Source: Eledone cirrhosa
Lineage: Eukaryota
Length of the DNA stretch: 64,000 bases
Direction of reading: 5' to 3'
Assembly (NCBI GenBank): GCA_964016885.1
Contig: OZ024741.1
Location: 228,718,001 to 228,782,000, forward strand
Within the stretch, counting starts at the first letter, position 1. The number at the start of each line of letters is the position of its first letter. Under the pieces are notes generated by a model, which worked only from the letters and a program-made list of their open reading frames with translations, had not been told where the DNA came from and did no database searches. Position numbers and translations under genes: made by a program. Below, one piece after another: positions 51,810 through 64,000 of the stretch.

Positions 51810-52963
51810 TAAAGAATGTTGTTAAAAACGAAGGAAAAAAAATTGGGGGATAAATGTATTAGTGAGAAATAACAAACTTATATAGACTACAAAGAATTTA
51901 GATTCATAATAGGAAATTAAAATAGTTTATATGTATACTTATAGGTATTAATTTTAAGAAAAGATAGCTGTAAAAGGGAAATATAATTATGAAGTTCTCT
52001 GTAGAAAAATAATAATTATAGGTTAACTAAATTAAAAATTACAAAAACTAATTATAATAATTTGTAAAATATAAGTGTAAGGTGTATATTAATTAGGTTT
52101 ATAATATTTGAAAGTTCTTCTAATTCTATGATTACACGATATAATTAATTCTTGTCGCTTATTTAATAGGTTATCCTTAGATTTCATTATTTCAAAAAGT
52201 TCCTGGGAACATAATCTACACTCATATCTGTTATTTTGATCAAGGGTGGTCCTTTTGAGCACACTCCAGCTCAGGTTATAATCGATATTCTTTTTTCTAT
52301 AATTATTAATTATTTCAGCCAAGGGTGTTGTATGAGCTAATGCTGCATTTTAAAAACTGTGTTTGTGGGTATTGAATCTTACTTTAAATTGGTTGGAAGT
52401 TGCTCCTATATATGAATAAGTTGAGTCCTTAGTGGTAATTTTACATTTATATACTATGTTATTAATAAGGTAATTTCCTTCTAATGGACAATTTGCTTTG
52501 TTTCTACAGTTACAACCATTCGTGAATATTATATCAGGGGAATTAGTCAAATTAGGTGTGGAATTTACTCTACTTGTTGTATGTGAAGGAGATGGTGGTT
52601 TGTTGCGGTTTATTTTAGTATTATGGTTAGTTTGATGTGTTGGTGGTATATTCAGGGTTTCTTTTACATTTATATGCATTGTAGGCACTTATATTTTGTT
52701 GCATATTTTTGGTAGTGGAGTAGGAAAATTTGACCTTTGATCTATTGAAAATTTGATGGTATTTATGGTTTGGCGGGAAGTTTTTCTCTAGGATAGTAAA
52801 AATATTTTTAGGGATTTTATCTTTAATTTGTAGATTAAATGGAGCATTATACCAAGTAACTCGGTTTCGATGCTGTTTTTTTAATATTTATACGATGTAT
52901 CCTGATGTTTACTAAGAGAGTTAGTATTAGTGAATTTATTATACATATGTTTAGTTAGATTCA

Positions 52964-52965
<2 letters not shown>
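51810..52965 (-). pseudogene. Penelope-like (Naiad-like) 3' part
   Basis: GCNCRNKANCPLEG, NIVYKC...SYIGATS..FKVRFNTHK, CRLCSQE...LNKRQEL..SCNH. Confidence 0.82.
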
Positions 52966-53020
<55 letters not shown>

Positions 53021-53504
53021 TCACATACACGCACACAACCATATACATAACAACATACGCGTCCACAGACGCCTGCCTACATGTCCACGTACATCAGCTC
53101 TCTCAGACACACACACGCACACACACACACGCGCGCACGCGCATACAACCGCACACACATGCATACGCGTATATCTACTCGTATACACCAACACGTACAG
53201 ACATATACATAGACACTCACACGCCCATACACACACGTGTCGGTATATACATGCACAAAGACAGACTCGTTCCCAAACACACATATATATGTATATGTAC
53301 ACACACATAGATGTACACACAAACAAGCCCTTACCCTACAGTAGATGCACCTACACACACACACACACACACATACACACGCACACACTGGCTCTTATAC
53401 ACTCCTATTACCAACATACGCGCCTATTACCTACATGCCCACGTACATCTATAAAGATACATACATACATACATATATCTGTCCGTACTCAAATATGATA
53501 TACT

Positions 53505-53774
53505 TGTGGGTATGGTGTGGAGTGCGGTGGCCGGAAGCTGGGGAGTGCTCGACCGGAAGAGTGCTTGACCGGAAGGGTGCTTGGCCGGAGGGGTGCTCGA
53601 CCTGAAGGGCCAGCAGATCGGTCTCTCTCAAGTGGTGACCAGGAACGGTGTAGACGGGAGTTTGGCAGCTCCCGGGTGTTAATGAGTTGGACACACGTGG
53701 AAGAGGAGAAATCAACCATGGGATTTAGCGGCTCCTATGAAAAGCGGTAAGTGAGATAGCTTTTTCTAACCACA
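53505..53774 (+). repeat. 5' LTR
   Basis: Direct repeat of 57476-57745, 17 substitutions counted by eye; contains about five copies of a ~16-bp CCGGAAGGGTGCTTGA-like unit. Confidence 0.95.
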
Positions 53775-53910
53775 AGCTATTTCGGCACTGGAAACTGAGA
53801 TCTGATTGAAAAAAAAAAAAAAAAAAAAACTTTCTCGAAAACAAAGCTACTGGAAAAACAGAGGAGTCTGTTTTTTTTTTTAAATTACGTACCACAAGAC
53901 AAATTAGGAT

Positions 53911-54669
53911 ATGGCGACGAGACTACGAACGAGCGAAGCGATTAGGGCATTTGCCGGTGAAGGCGATGTTGTCGCTTGGCTACGAAAAGTCCGGCTGGTC
54001 GCAAGCTTACAAAAGATAGATGTGGCTGGCCTCATGGCACTGTACCTCGAGGGGGACGCGTTGGTACTCTTCCTTGAGTTGGATGAACACAGCCAAAGTG
54101 ATGCGCAAAAGATTGAGAGGTGCATGATAGAAGCGTTCGCGGAGGGACCGTTAGCCGCTTTTGCTAAGCTGGCAAGAATTAGATGGAACGATGAACGCGT
54201 TGACATTTTCGCAGCGGAAATACGGCGATTGGCCATGTTGGCTGGATATCAGGTGGAATGCGAACGCACGGTGCGGTTGGCGTTCATAAATGGATTTCCA
54301 GACGTCATAGCGGTGAAACTGCAGCAAGTCCCCGGTTACAAAGAAATGGAGATGCGTTCACTGGTGGAAGAAGCCCGTGTCATAGCAGAAGATGCCAAGA
54401 AGAGTGTCGCGGCGATAGCAACTACTGAGGCTCAAGACATCTGGCAGCGAAATGGTGAAAGGGAGGCAACCACGGCACTCGGTCGCCCGCGAACGTTTAG
54501 AGGTCGCTGTTTTAGGTGCCAGGGCCCGCATATGGCGAGAGACTGTAGAGAGTCAAGGCCGGAAATAATATGCTACCAGTGTAAGCGACCAGGCCACATC
54601 GCTACTAACTGCGACCAGGGAAACGATCCAAGGGGAACTACTGCGCCAGTAGTTGCCCCTTACGAGTAG
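53911..54669 (+). CDS. gag: Gag with two CCHC zinc knuckles
   Basis: Intact 252-aa ORF; CFRCQGPHMARDC and CYQCKRPGHIATNC. Confidence 0.9.
   Translation: MATRLRTSEAIRAFAGEGDVVAWLRKVRLVASLQKIDVAGLMALYLEGDALVLFLELDEHSQSDAQKIERCMIEAFAEGPLAAFAKLARIRWNDERVDIFAAEIRRLAMLAGYQVECERTVRLAFINGFPDVIAVKLQQVPGYKEMEMRSLVEEARVIAEDAKKSVAAIATTEAQDIWQRNGEREATTALGRPRTFRGRCFRCQGPHMARDCRESRPEIICYQCKRPGHIATNCDQGNDPRGTTAPVVAPYE
54618..54661 (+). promoter_or_regulatory. -1 programmed ribosomal frameshift signal
   Basis: In-frame heptamer G_GGA_AAC (54618-54624), 5-nt spacer, hairpin AAGGGGAACTACTG-CGC-CAGTAGTTGCCCCTT; -1 frame is open into the protease. Confidence 0.85.
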
Positions 54670-57394
54670 AGGCGCTGCCCGTGGTGGAAGTCTTCGTGAG
54701 GGGGAAGCCACAGCGAGCCCTCGTGGACACGGGCTGTACAACGACACTGGTGACCGCGGGGATCGCGCAGAGGTGGAGAGGGAAGAGCAGCGTAAGGACA
54801 GTCGACGACAGGAAAATTGAATGCCGAGGTCGCAGCGAGGTGGAGATGGCGGGACGGGGAAGGAAAATAAGGCTTTCTGCCATCGTAGTTGACAACATGG
54901 TGGATGGGATTGGCGTGGTTAGGGGCATGGACGCAATTGGCTGTCTAGGAGGCGTCACAGTGAACAACGTCGGTGTGTCGTTTGGCGGCGCTGCATCGGT
55001 ATGCGCTGTGAGTTCGCCACAGGAGAACCAGAATGCCAACGAGGAGAAATACCCCGCTTACACTGTGCAGGACAAAGACTTCAAGGCCGTGTTCGATGGG
55101 CAGCGATGGGTTGTTGAGTGGTAATGGAAGGGAGAACCGCCAACACTGAAGACCAAAGTGGGCTGCTATCAACACACATTGAAGGGAGACATTAGGAGCG
55201 ATTTCCAGCGAGAGGTAGAGAGATGGATTGAGGAGGGCATACTGCTTCCCTGGAAAGAGGAGGTGAAGTGCGGAGTATTGCCGTTAATGGCGGTGGCGCA
55301 ACCCACGAAGAACAAGGTGAGGCCGGTACTGGACTTTCGGGAGCTGAACGACCACGTGTCATGCCACACGGGTGGCGAGGTCACGGATGTCTGTTGGGAA
55401 ACCCTGCGTGAGTGGAGACGCATGACGGGGGGTTCCGCAATCGTAGATCTAAAGTCGGCATACTTGCAATTGCATATAGATGAGAAGCCCTGGCAGTATC
55501 AGCTGGTCAGGTATAAGGGCCGGACATATTGCCTGACGAGGCTTGGTTTCAGGCTGAGCTCCGCACCGAAGATCATGGCGGCGGTCCTCAAGACCATTCT
55601 GAGAAAGGCCGACAAGATGAAGAGGGCCACTAACTCCTACATTGACGACATCCTAGTGGACGAGTGTGTAGTGTCGGCGGCGGAGGTCACGAGCTATTTA
55701 TGGACTGGCTGCGAAGCCGTCAGAAGCGTTGGAGCGAGGAGCCGCGCTGGGACTTAGGCTACGGCGAGACAGGACGGGCGTCTTGGTATTCCAGAGGGGA
55801 AATGAAGTTCCAGAACTGGGCCCAAGTATGAGTAGGCGGGAGGTTTTCTCGGTGTGTGGAAAGTTGGTGGGTCACTACCCGATTGCTAGGTGGCTCCGGA
55901 CGGCATGCAGCTACGTCAAGAGACGAGCGGGAGGGGTGAATTGGAGTGACACAGTGGGAGAGAGGACGGTGGCCATGATTCAGGAGATCGTGAAGAGGGT
56001 GAAGGCCGACGACCCAGTGCTGGGACGCTGGTATGTTCCCAAATCGCAGAGCGGGACCGTATGGTGCGATGCCAGCAGCATAGCGCTGGGTGTCACCTTG
56101 GAGATAGGAGGTGTTGAGATCGAGGAGGCAACCTGGCTTAGGAAGAAGGACGACTGCAACCGCATTAATGTGGCCGAACTGGACGCGGTGTTGAGAGGGT
56201 GAACCTCGCCCTGAGGTGGGGACTGCTCACCATCGAGATACGCACCGACTCGGCTACTGTACTCGGATGGGTGAGATCAGTGCTCACCAGTGAGAAGAGA
56301 CTGCGAACGAGAGGGGTGGCGGAGATGCTGATAAAGCGCCGCCTGGGAACTTTAGGAGAGCTGGCCACCGAGTTCGACATGAGGCTGAGCGTAGTTTTCG
56401 TGCCCTCAGAGAAAAATAGGGCGGACGTCTTAATCAGGGTGAAGAAAGCCTGGATGGAAGCGCCGGAGGAGGTAGAAGAGGAGATAGCTGCTGTGTGTCG
56501 GCTGACCGAGTCGGATCTGAAAGGGTTGCATGACATGCACCACATGGGAGTGGATAGGACTCTGTTCCTAGCCAGGAGAATCGACTCGGACGTTAACAGA
56601 CACAGTGTTCAAAGGGTGGTTAGAGTCTGCGTCCGATGTCAGTCCATTGATCCCGCCCCGGGTGTGCACGAAACGGGAAGCCTCCCGGTGGATCGCGACT
56701 GGAAGCGATTGGCGGTGGATGTAACGCACTACCAACAGGGAACGTACCTCCCGATGGTCGACTGTGGACCAGGACGGATCGCGATATGGAGGGAGATGAA
56801 GACTGGAACGGCCGAGGAAATCATGCGGACGTTGAGAGACGTGTTCTTAGAGCGGGGCCCTGTGGACGAACTACTGATGGACAGCAGCGCAGCGTTCCGC
56901 TCGGAGCCGCTCGGAGGCTCGATGGATGGAACGTGGACCGTTTCTTCAGAGCAGCGCACAGGCCGAACGGAAATGGAATTGTAGAGCGACACCACCGGAC
57001 GATCAAGGTAATGGCGGAACGGGGCCATATCTCACCAATGGAGGCAGTGTTCTGGTACAAAATGTCCCCTCGGGTGGGACAGGTTGAGGAATCGGTTCCA
57101 CACAGAGCAGTATTCAGATATGAGTGGCGGCACCCGTGCACGTCACCACAACGGCCAGTGGGGAGAGAGAATGCATTCGTGCATGTGGGCGAAGAAGTCT
57201 GGGTTAATCCCCCAGATGCACGCTGCACATCTCAATGGGGAAGGGGAACGGTGACGGCCGTAAATTACCAGAACAATGTGTCCGTGGACGGAGTACCACG
57301 TCATGTCCTGGATGTCCGTAGAATCACTGTGTCAACGGACTCCGAGGAAGAGGAAACCCAAAGTGCCGCCCCAACACTGCGGAGATCGCAATGA
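54618..57394 (+). pseudogene. pol: Pol (aspartic protease, RT, RNase H, integrase), disrupted
   Basis: ALVDTGC; RPVLDFRELN, DLKSAYLQ, YIDD; WCDASS, INVAELDAV, RTDS; H..H..C..C, RLAVD, LLMD, NGIVER; stop at 55122-55124 and frameshifts. Confidence 0.9.
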
Positions 57395-57475
57395 AGTCGC
57401 AAACCACCAACCTGGACAGCAGACTTTCATATGCAGAAGGACGAGGGGAAAATTGATCTTGAGATCAGGGGGGCG

Positions 57476-57745
57476 TGTGGGTATCGTGTGGTGTGCGGTG
57501 GCCGGAAGCTGGGGAGTGCTCGACCGGAAGAGTGCTTGACCAGAAGGGTGCTTAGCCGGAAGGGTACTCGACCGGAAGGGCCAGCAGATCGGTCTCTCTC
57601 TAGTGGTGACCGGGAACGGTGTGGACGCGAGTTTGGCAGCTCCCGGGTGTTAATGAGTTGGACGCACATGGAAGAGGAGAAACCAGCCATGGGATTTAGC
57701 GGCGCCTATGAAAAGTGGTAAGTGAGATAGCTTTTTCTAACCACA
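57476..57745 (+). repeat. 3' LTR
   Basis: See 5' LTR; preceded by purine-rich GAGATCAGGGGGGCG. Confidence 0.95.
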
Positions 57746-58903
57746 ATACTCACAGAATCATATAAATCTACATAGTGGGTCATACAGGATCATCCATGAA
57801 AAGATGCGTCTTATTATACACATGCACAAATATAAACAATGTAACCAAATACATACATCCATACACATAGATGCATGTATAAATACACACATATAAATAA
57901 ATAAGTAAATAAAGAAATAAACAAATGTATATATATATATACACATACATATATATATATACACACACATACACACATATATATATATATGTATACATAC
58001 ACACACATACATACACATCTATACAAAAAAACCTACAATATAATAAAATATATATATAATGTCATACATTAAAAGATGTATCTTGTGCTAAACATGCACA
58101 AATATAAACAGTATCCTCATATAAATACATCCCTACACATTCACATACATATACATATCTCTCTCTCTCTACATACACACACATATAAATATATATATAC
58201 CCATACATACATACACACATATAAAAAAAATAAATATACAATATGTTAAAATATACATATAACGTCACATAGAGATATATAAATATATATGCGTATGATA
58301 TGGTACATATGGGGAGTATGTGATGTACACTTGGGTCTGTATACGGAACAAATAATATGTGTTCCAAAATGGAACACGTGGAGGGTATGTATTCTCGATT
58401 GAAAAGGTACACATGCATGGGGGTGCGTAACCCGGCCATATATGACTATGTCACTGTGGTTGAGGTATGTTGTCCTATAGGTGTAAGGTATTTGACTGAA
58501 AGATCGCGTAATACCAAACCCAGCATCGATTCATTGGAGTGTGTCAGGCGGAGGGACAGCTGAAGACCAGTGTGACAGCAACTATTGGCCAGAATTGATG
58601 ATGACGTAGAAAAACAACAGCTAACAGCAGGGCAAGCGAGGAAGATGTTTTTTGACGCTAACACCCCAGTGAGAAAATTTGATCCGAAAATATTGCAAGT
58701 GTCCGACGAACCTGCAGGTCCAGAATCAGACAGATCCGTACAAATCGTGTCTCGAGCTGTCTGCCGGCGAAACAATTGTAACACACAATAAATTGAGTTC
58801 AGATGCATCACTGATTTTTCGTTTTACATTATATCACAGTCTGCTCTGTAAGAATATAGAGTACTAAACTGGCATACCGCCTATGGAAGCATCATAGCTA
58901 CCA

Positions 58904-58982
<79 letters not shown>

Positions 58983-59171
58983 CATATGTATATATATTAT
59001 ACTATATCATATTATATTATATTAGGTATTAATTTAACAATGAAAATAATAACAACAATGTCGAGTTAATTTATCTATGCATATCATTGTTTTACGATCG
59101 TTTCGGAGGGCTGATCATATTGACATATTGTCCTATCTATAGCAGTTATAAAACTGTATACTATCATACTT

Positions 59172-59211
<40 letters not shown>

Positions 59212-59777
59212 AAAGAATAGAGGTGTAACACACAAGTTATATACATATAACGGTTTTAAACTTAAAACCAAAACTGAATACTAACCAATACTATTACTAA
59301 TTCTCACTTATTCCTAATTAAACTATTTTTCACTGTGAACAATTTGTCAGCATTTTCTTTTCCGTTTACCAATATATATATATATATATATATAATATTT
59401 TTATATTATTATAATATATATATATTATATTATATTATATTATATTATATTATATTATATTATATTATATTATATTATATTATATTATACATATATAGCT
59501 ATACTACTTTCGGTACTTGATGAAATTATATTTGCAAACTGAAAGTGTATATTGACACAATTCGTAATTAAGTAAAGTATACATACATTTCACTATGTTT
59601 TATTTGAGGTTATTCAGTAAATACCAAATCAATTATCAGAAATTCATAAAAATGTGTTCAATTTCTACAACCTATTTTCCGATATATATTGTATTGGATG
59701 AGCTGATTTTAGGTATGTATAATAAAGTAAATGCTTGATACAATATGCACACACGAACGCACACACACACACCCACC

Positions 59778-59907
<130 letters not shown>

Positions 59908-59910
59908 CAC

Positions 59911-61830
59911 AATTGTAATGAATATCATAGATTAAAAATACTTCGGAAAGAGGAATTTTGGCGATGTCTGCAAATAGAAAATAATTCTGTTTTAAATTAA
60001 TAGAGTTTTGACAGTTAATTATATAAAACATTTCCTCGATACACAAATGACAGATTCTTGAGGAAGCCATATTTCGGTATGCAGGTGCTTTCGAAATCGT
60101 TTCCCAAGATATTGAATAGTCTATATTGTTGTCATTTAAATTCCAAATTAGATGTGAAAGTGAAGTGGAAGATTTTTTATTGGACCTATTAAATGTATGT
60201 TTGTGGTTGTACCAGCGTTCTTTGAATTTTGTAGAAGTGGCACCTATATAGTTAAATATTTTGTCTCTAGTTTTAACTGTGCTTTTATAAATTACGTTTT
60301 TGTCTAAGCAATTATTTTGTAAAGGGAAGTTTAATTTAATTCTACAGTTACATTTTCTGGAATTGTTGTTATTAGGAACGGTACTATTATTATGAATATT
60401 GTTGTTAGAAATATTATTATTGCTATCTTGGTTTGTTTGGTTAGGGTTTAAATTTAAGTTTCTATTATTAATTCTATTTATATTTTGTGCTATGTTCATA
60501 GTGGTAGAGTAGGATAGTTTTATAGTGTGTCTGTTAAAAATAGAGTGGTATATGTGAGCTTTAGGAAAACACTTATCTAGTGCTTTAAAAAATAGCTTTG
60601 CTAAAGGTGTTTTAACGCCTAATGAGAATGGGGGAGAGTACCAAATAATATTTCTAGTTCTAGTTTTTTTGTTTGGTTTACTATTTAAGTTGAATTGTTT
60701 ATTGATATTATAATGAATTCTAGGATGATTTATCATGTTATTGTTATGTAAGTATTTAATTTTATTCGAGTATCCTGCTCTATGTAAAGCTTTATTGTAA
60801 TATTCTGCCTTATCATCAAAAATATTTTTATTAGCAGAGGTGCGTGAAATCCGTTTCTGGACGCTATTGACAATAGTATTTTTTATATTTCTAGGATGAT
60901 TAGAATTGAAACTTACGTAATTTAGATTTTCGTTAATTTTATGGAATGGATAATAAAGACCTGAGCTAAGGTTTAAGGTTACATCTAAGAAGTTAACGAT
61001 TTTGTAATTATTCTCGATTTCTAAATTAAGGTTGTAGTTGTTGAAAAACTGTATTATGGATTTATTTTTCCTATTAATTTCACTATTGCTATGGTTTTCA
61101 ATTAAAAGTAACATATAGTAGCGATATAAACCTCCGGCCATCTCTGGCATTTTTCTATGCAGTACATTATTAATAAATAATCTAACGAGGTCTGTTACTT
61201 GCGCCGAGTCAGATGATCCCATAGTGATATCAAAATTGTTTTGTCTGTCGGCTCTTGTCCAGAGATGGTTATTAAATTCTATTAGGGTTTTACGTGCTGT
61301 TATAATGGTATTCATTTATCACTAGATAGATATGTATGTTTAGAAGCGTAGATAAGTGCCTTATTAAGTAAGCTAGGGGTAATAGAGGAGTAGTACTTTA
61401 CAATATCCATTTGAATGAATTTTTTCTTATGTTTTAATTTTGTTTTTAAGCCAATCTATTACTTCATTAGTACCGTTCCATAGTTTAAGGTGTGATTTTT
61501 CTTTAAGTAATGGTATAATTTTATCTAGTATATGCTTACTAATTATACCTAAGTAAGTTGAAATGGTGCTATGAGTCTGACTGGTAGTTCAACTTCAAAA
61601 TTTCTTTTGTGGTCCTTCAAGTTAATCTTCGGTTTTCTAGGTATAAAGGGTTCAATCTTATTTTGAATGCCTAATTTATAAATAATTTCCGAAGCTTCTC
61701 TATTTATGGTTGAAAGATCTTCATTTGATGTCCATTTGTAGTTTTTCCTGAGTTCTTTCAGTATTAGGTTATTATACTCGTCCTTTTCCATACCATATAG
61801 ATTATTGGTTTTGTCAGATTTTACTCTATT
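59911..61830 (-). pseudogene. Penelope-like retroelement (Naiad-like), RT + GIY-YIG, 5'-truncated
   Basis: KSDKTNNLYGM, LKDHKRNF, FIQMDIVKYYSSI, FDITMGSSDSAQ, GGLYRYY (catalytic DD lost), SNHP, CNC....., NVIYK...NYIGATS, CHLCIEE; 3' side runs into (TG)n. Confidence 0.88.
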
Positions 61831-62340
61831 AATTTAAAAACAGAATTATTTTCTACTTGCAGATATCGCCAAAATTCCACTTTCCGAAGTATTTTTAATC
61901 TATGATATTCATTACACTTGACTATATCTTATACACCTTTAAAATGATCCTATTATTTACTGAGTCTTTCTTTAAAAATTCATTTTTTTAAAAATGATCT
62001 TCCTTAAATTTAGTATTTTTACCATTTGATATTCTTTTCTCAATCTATTTTTTAGATGTAGATTGATACTCTTTAATTGACATTCTGAAAGATATCCTCT
62101 TTACGACAGTTCTTTGAAATGCACTCTTGACTTATCTAATAATACTTTTTTTCCTCTTTTTAATCTTCTAACTTTTCACACATCTTTCGACTTAAATAAT
62201 ATGTAATTGAAATTCTCATGCTTGAAAAATATATAATATAAAATACCTTATAATCTAACACAAAATAATATATAATTTTCTCTACATACTTTCTGAGTAA
62301 ATCATTCATCAAATTTAATGGTTAGCAAATATGATTGGAG

Positions 62341-62402
62341 TTATCTTTTCCTTTTTCCTTTACAATTGTTTGCTCAATTGTAAAGGAAAAAGGAAAAGAT
62401 AA
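62341..62402. repeat. 62-bp perfect-arm hairpin
   Basis: TTATCTTTTCCTTTTTCCTTTACAATTG-TTTGCT-CAATTGTAAAGGAAAAAGGAAAAGATAA. Confidence 0.9.
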
Positions 62403-62743
62403 AATTTATATAATTTCGCTAAATTAACAATATGCTGAAAACATTTTCAATGTTGGAACAAAATATTTGAATCTACAAATTGTTCTCCTCTTACAACTTG
62501 AACTACGTCTTTTTCTTAAATATTTATGTAAAATGTAAAATCAACATCCTTCGTAACTCATATGAGAAATATAAACAATTAATAAGTGTGGTTTATTTCT
62601 ATAAAATCACCAATAATATTTATACTTGCACAATTTTTAATCTTTATAGATATTTATATACTTACAACCTGTTGTAATGTAATACGAGAAAATGTTCTTA
62701 CATCCATAATTCTCCATATAATCTAATTGATTATATATACAAT

Positions 62744-63058
62744 ATTATTAGGATATATATATATATATATATGTGTGTGTGTAGGAAGAAGAAAGAGAAA
62801 GAATGAAAAGCTTGTATTTACGTGAATTTAAAAAAGAATTAACAGTTTGTAGGAATGGTGGAATATGATTCCACAATTTAAAAAAAATGATTTAGCTATA
62901 TTATGTGTTCATAATATAGCTAAATATATATTTTTTAATTCTGGAGTCATATTCCACTATTTCTACAAACTGTTAATTCTTTTTAAATTCACGTAAATAC
63001 AAGCTTTTCTTTCTTTCTCTTTCTTCTTCCTACACATACATACATATATCCTAATAAT
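62744..63058. repeat. ~315-bp imperfect palindrome
   Basis: Arms mirror around TTTAGCTATATTATG-TGTT-CATAATATAGCTAAA at about 62907. Confidence 0.88.
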
Positions 63059-63449
63059 TATTTAAATCTACCTAACGTCTAAAAATAACGTTTTTTTAAG
63101 CCCTATACCTCAACCTCATTTGCATACTCATCTTAATAATTTGAAATATTTGACTTTTCTTCCCTTTCCCTTCTTTCTTTTTACTATCCAGGAAAATCTT
63201 GAACCGTTAAGATCTTCTTCCTGGATATGTCAATATTTATAAAACAAACTTTGTATTTTATCTGATGAGAGCGTACCAAAGTTTTGGTACCCTTGAAATA
63301 TCTATAATTGAATAAATATGGTTTTGTAAATATAGTTTCCATTTTTTAATATCATTGAATATTATACTCCAGAAAATTTGTCGAGTGCTTCAAATCAGTT
63401 ATAAACATATATATTTGTTGAATTACCAACAAATTAAATATCCCTTTTG

Positions 63450-63511
<62 letters not shown>

Positions 63512-63779
63512 CGATGTGCAACTATTGTTTCTGTCGAAAAATACCCACACACAAGGCATTATGCAACCTGACTCATTGACTCTATGGTAGAAAACGCGTA
63601 GCAAATGGACTACACAGAGCACAGAGCCATGTCCTTGCCTATATGTGAGTGCGTGTGTTTACGTGTCTGTCTGTGTGTCCGTGTGCATGTCTCTGTGTCT
63701 GTCTGTGTGTGCGCACGAACGTTTTGTCTTTTTACTGACGCATGGTCATAATCACTACATTTCCTATAGCCGTATTTCT

Positions 63780-64000
63780 TTGGTTGACCATTGATTAATA
63801 AGGGAGTTTATCATCACTACCATCATTTCTGTTCCTTGCCTTCGTCTGGGCTCGCCTGGAATCTAAAGCGGTAGAACGTTGTGATGCTTCGTGAAAGCAT
63901 TCACCTTCATTTTGAGTACATCTATCAAGTTATTTGATAAGATGTTGAAGAGCAGTAGGCCCTCAAACCCTCAGCTATTGCTGTATCTGTTCCTTATTCT
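63780..64000 (-). pseudogene. Decayed CR1-group LINE ORF2 3' end
   Basis: Minus strand RIRNRYSNS*GFEGLLLFNILSNNL...IPGEP resembles the F.GP.LFN.LP..L...PDEP terminus of CR1-like elements. Confidence 0.5.

Larger units (their letters stand above)
53505..57745 (+). mobile_element. Ty3/gypsy LTR retrotransposon, structurally complete, pol disrupted
   Basis: 270-bp LTRs TG...CA at 53505-53774 and 57476-57745; TSD ATACT (53500-53504, 57746-57750); PPT about 57461-57475; order gag-PR-RT-RH-IN. Confidence 0.95.
61823..63451 (+). mobile_element. Inverted 3' end / pLTR of the adjacent Penelope-like element, ending in a hammerhead-like terminus
   Basis: 61823-61920 is the reverse complement of 59911-60007; 63230-63451 matches the 18679-18892 family with CTGATGA...GAAA at 63262-63298; continuity of the middle is inferred. 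Confidence 0.6.

Noticed and set aside
58560-58800. 68-aa ORF MARIDDDVEKQQ... as a host exon
   Set aside because: No recognisable domain or clear splice context; may be a decayed LTR-element fragment but cannot be supported.
59090-59650. GAAACGATCGTA (minus, about 59094-59105) and TTGATGA...GAAA (about 59517) as hammerheads
   Set aside because: Core incomplete and stems cannot be paired convincingly.

Overview
Repeat-saturated, gene-free animal genomic DNA. The SINE families and extreme (TA)n/(TACA)n/(CA)n density look octopus-like, which is my inference. No host protein-coding gene is supported, and most short ORFs in the track are microsatellite read-throughs. Content: (1) a ~23 kb stack (29124-51809) of six co-oriented R4/Dong-clade non-LTR retrotransposons from two families, mostly separated by (AAT)n tracts and interleaved with two opposite-strand Tx1-clade LINE copies that end in the same microsatellite; (2) a complete but decayed Ty3/gypsy element (53505-57745) with 270-bp LTRs, an ATACT TSD, a clear G_GGA_AAC + hairpin -1 frameshift signal and no tRNA-type PBS; (3) five Penelope-like (RT/GIY-YIG) relics; (4) SINEs, RTE/CRE/CR1 relics and two MITEs. 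The most notable unannotated signal is a dense set of minimal type I hammerhead ribozyme motifs (about a dozen copies from at least eight unrelated short non-coding families) sitting in (TA)n tracts. They include a 420-nt tandem, ORF-less, retrozyme-like unit whose three insertions share identical inverted, 61-nt-staggered ends. Ribozyme folds and identities were read by eye and need computational and experimental confirmation.
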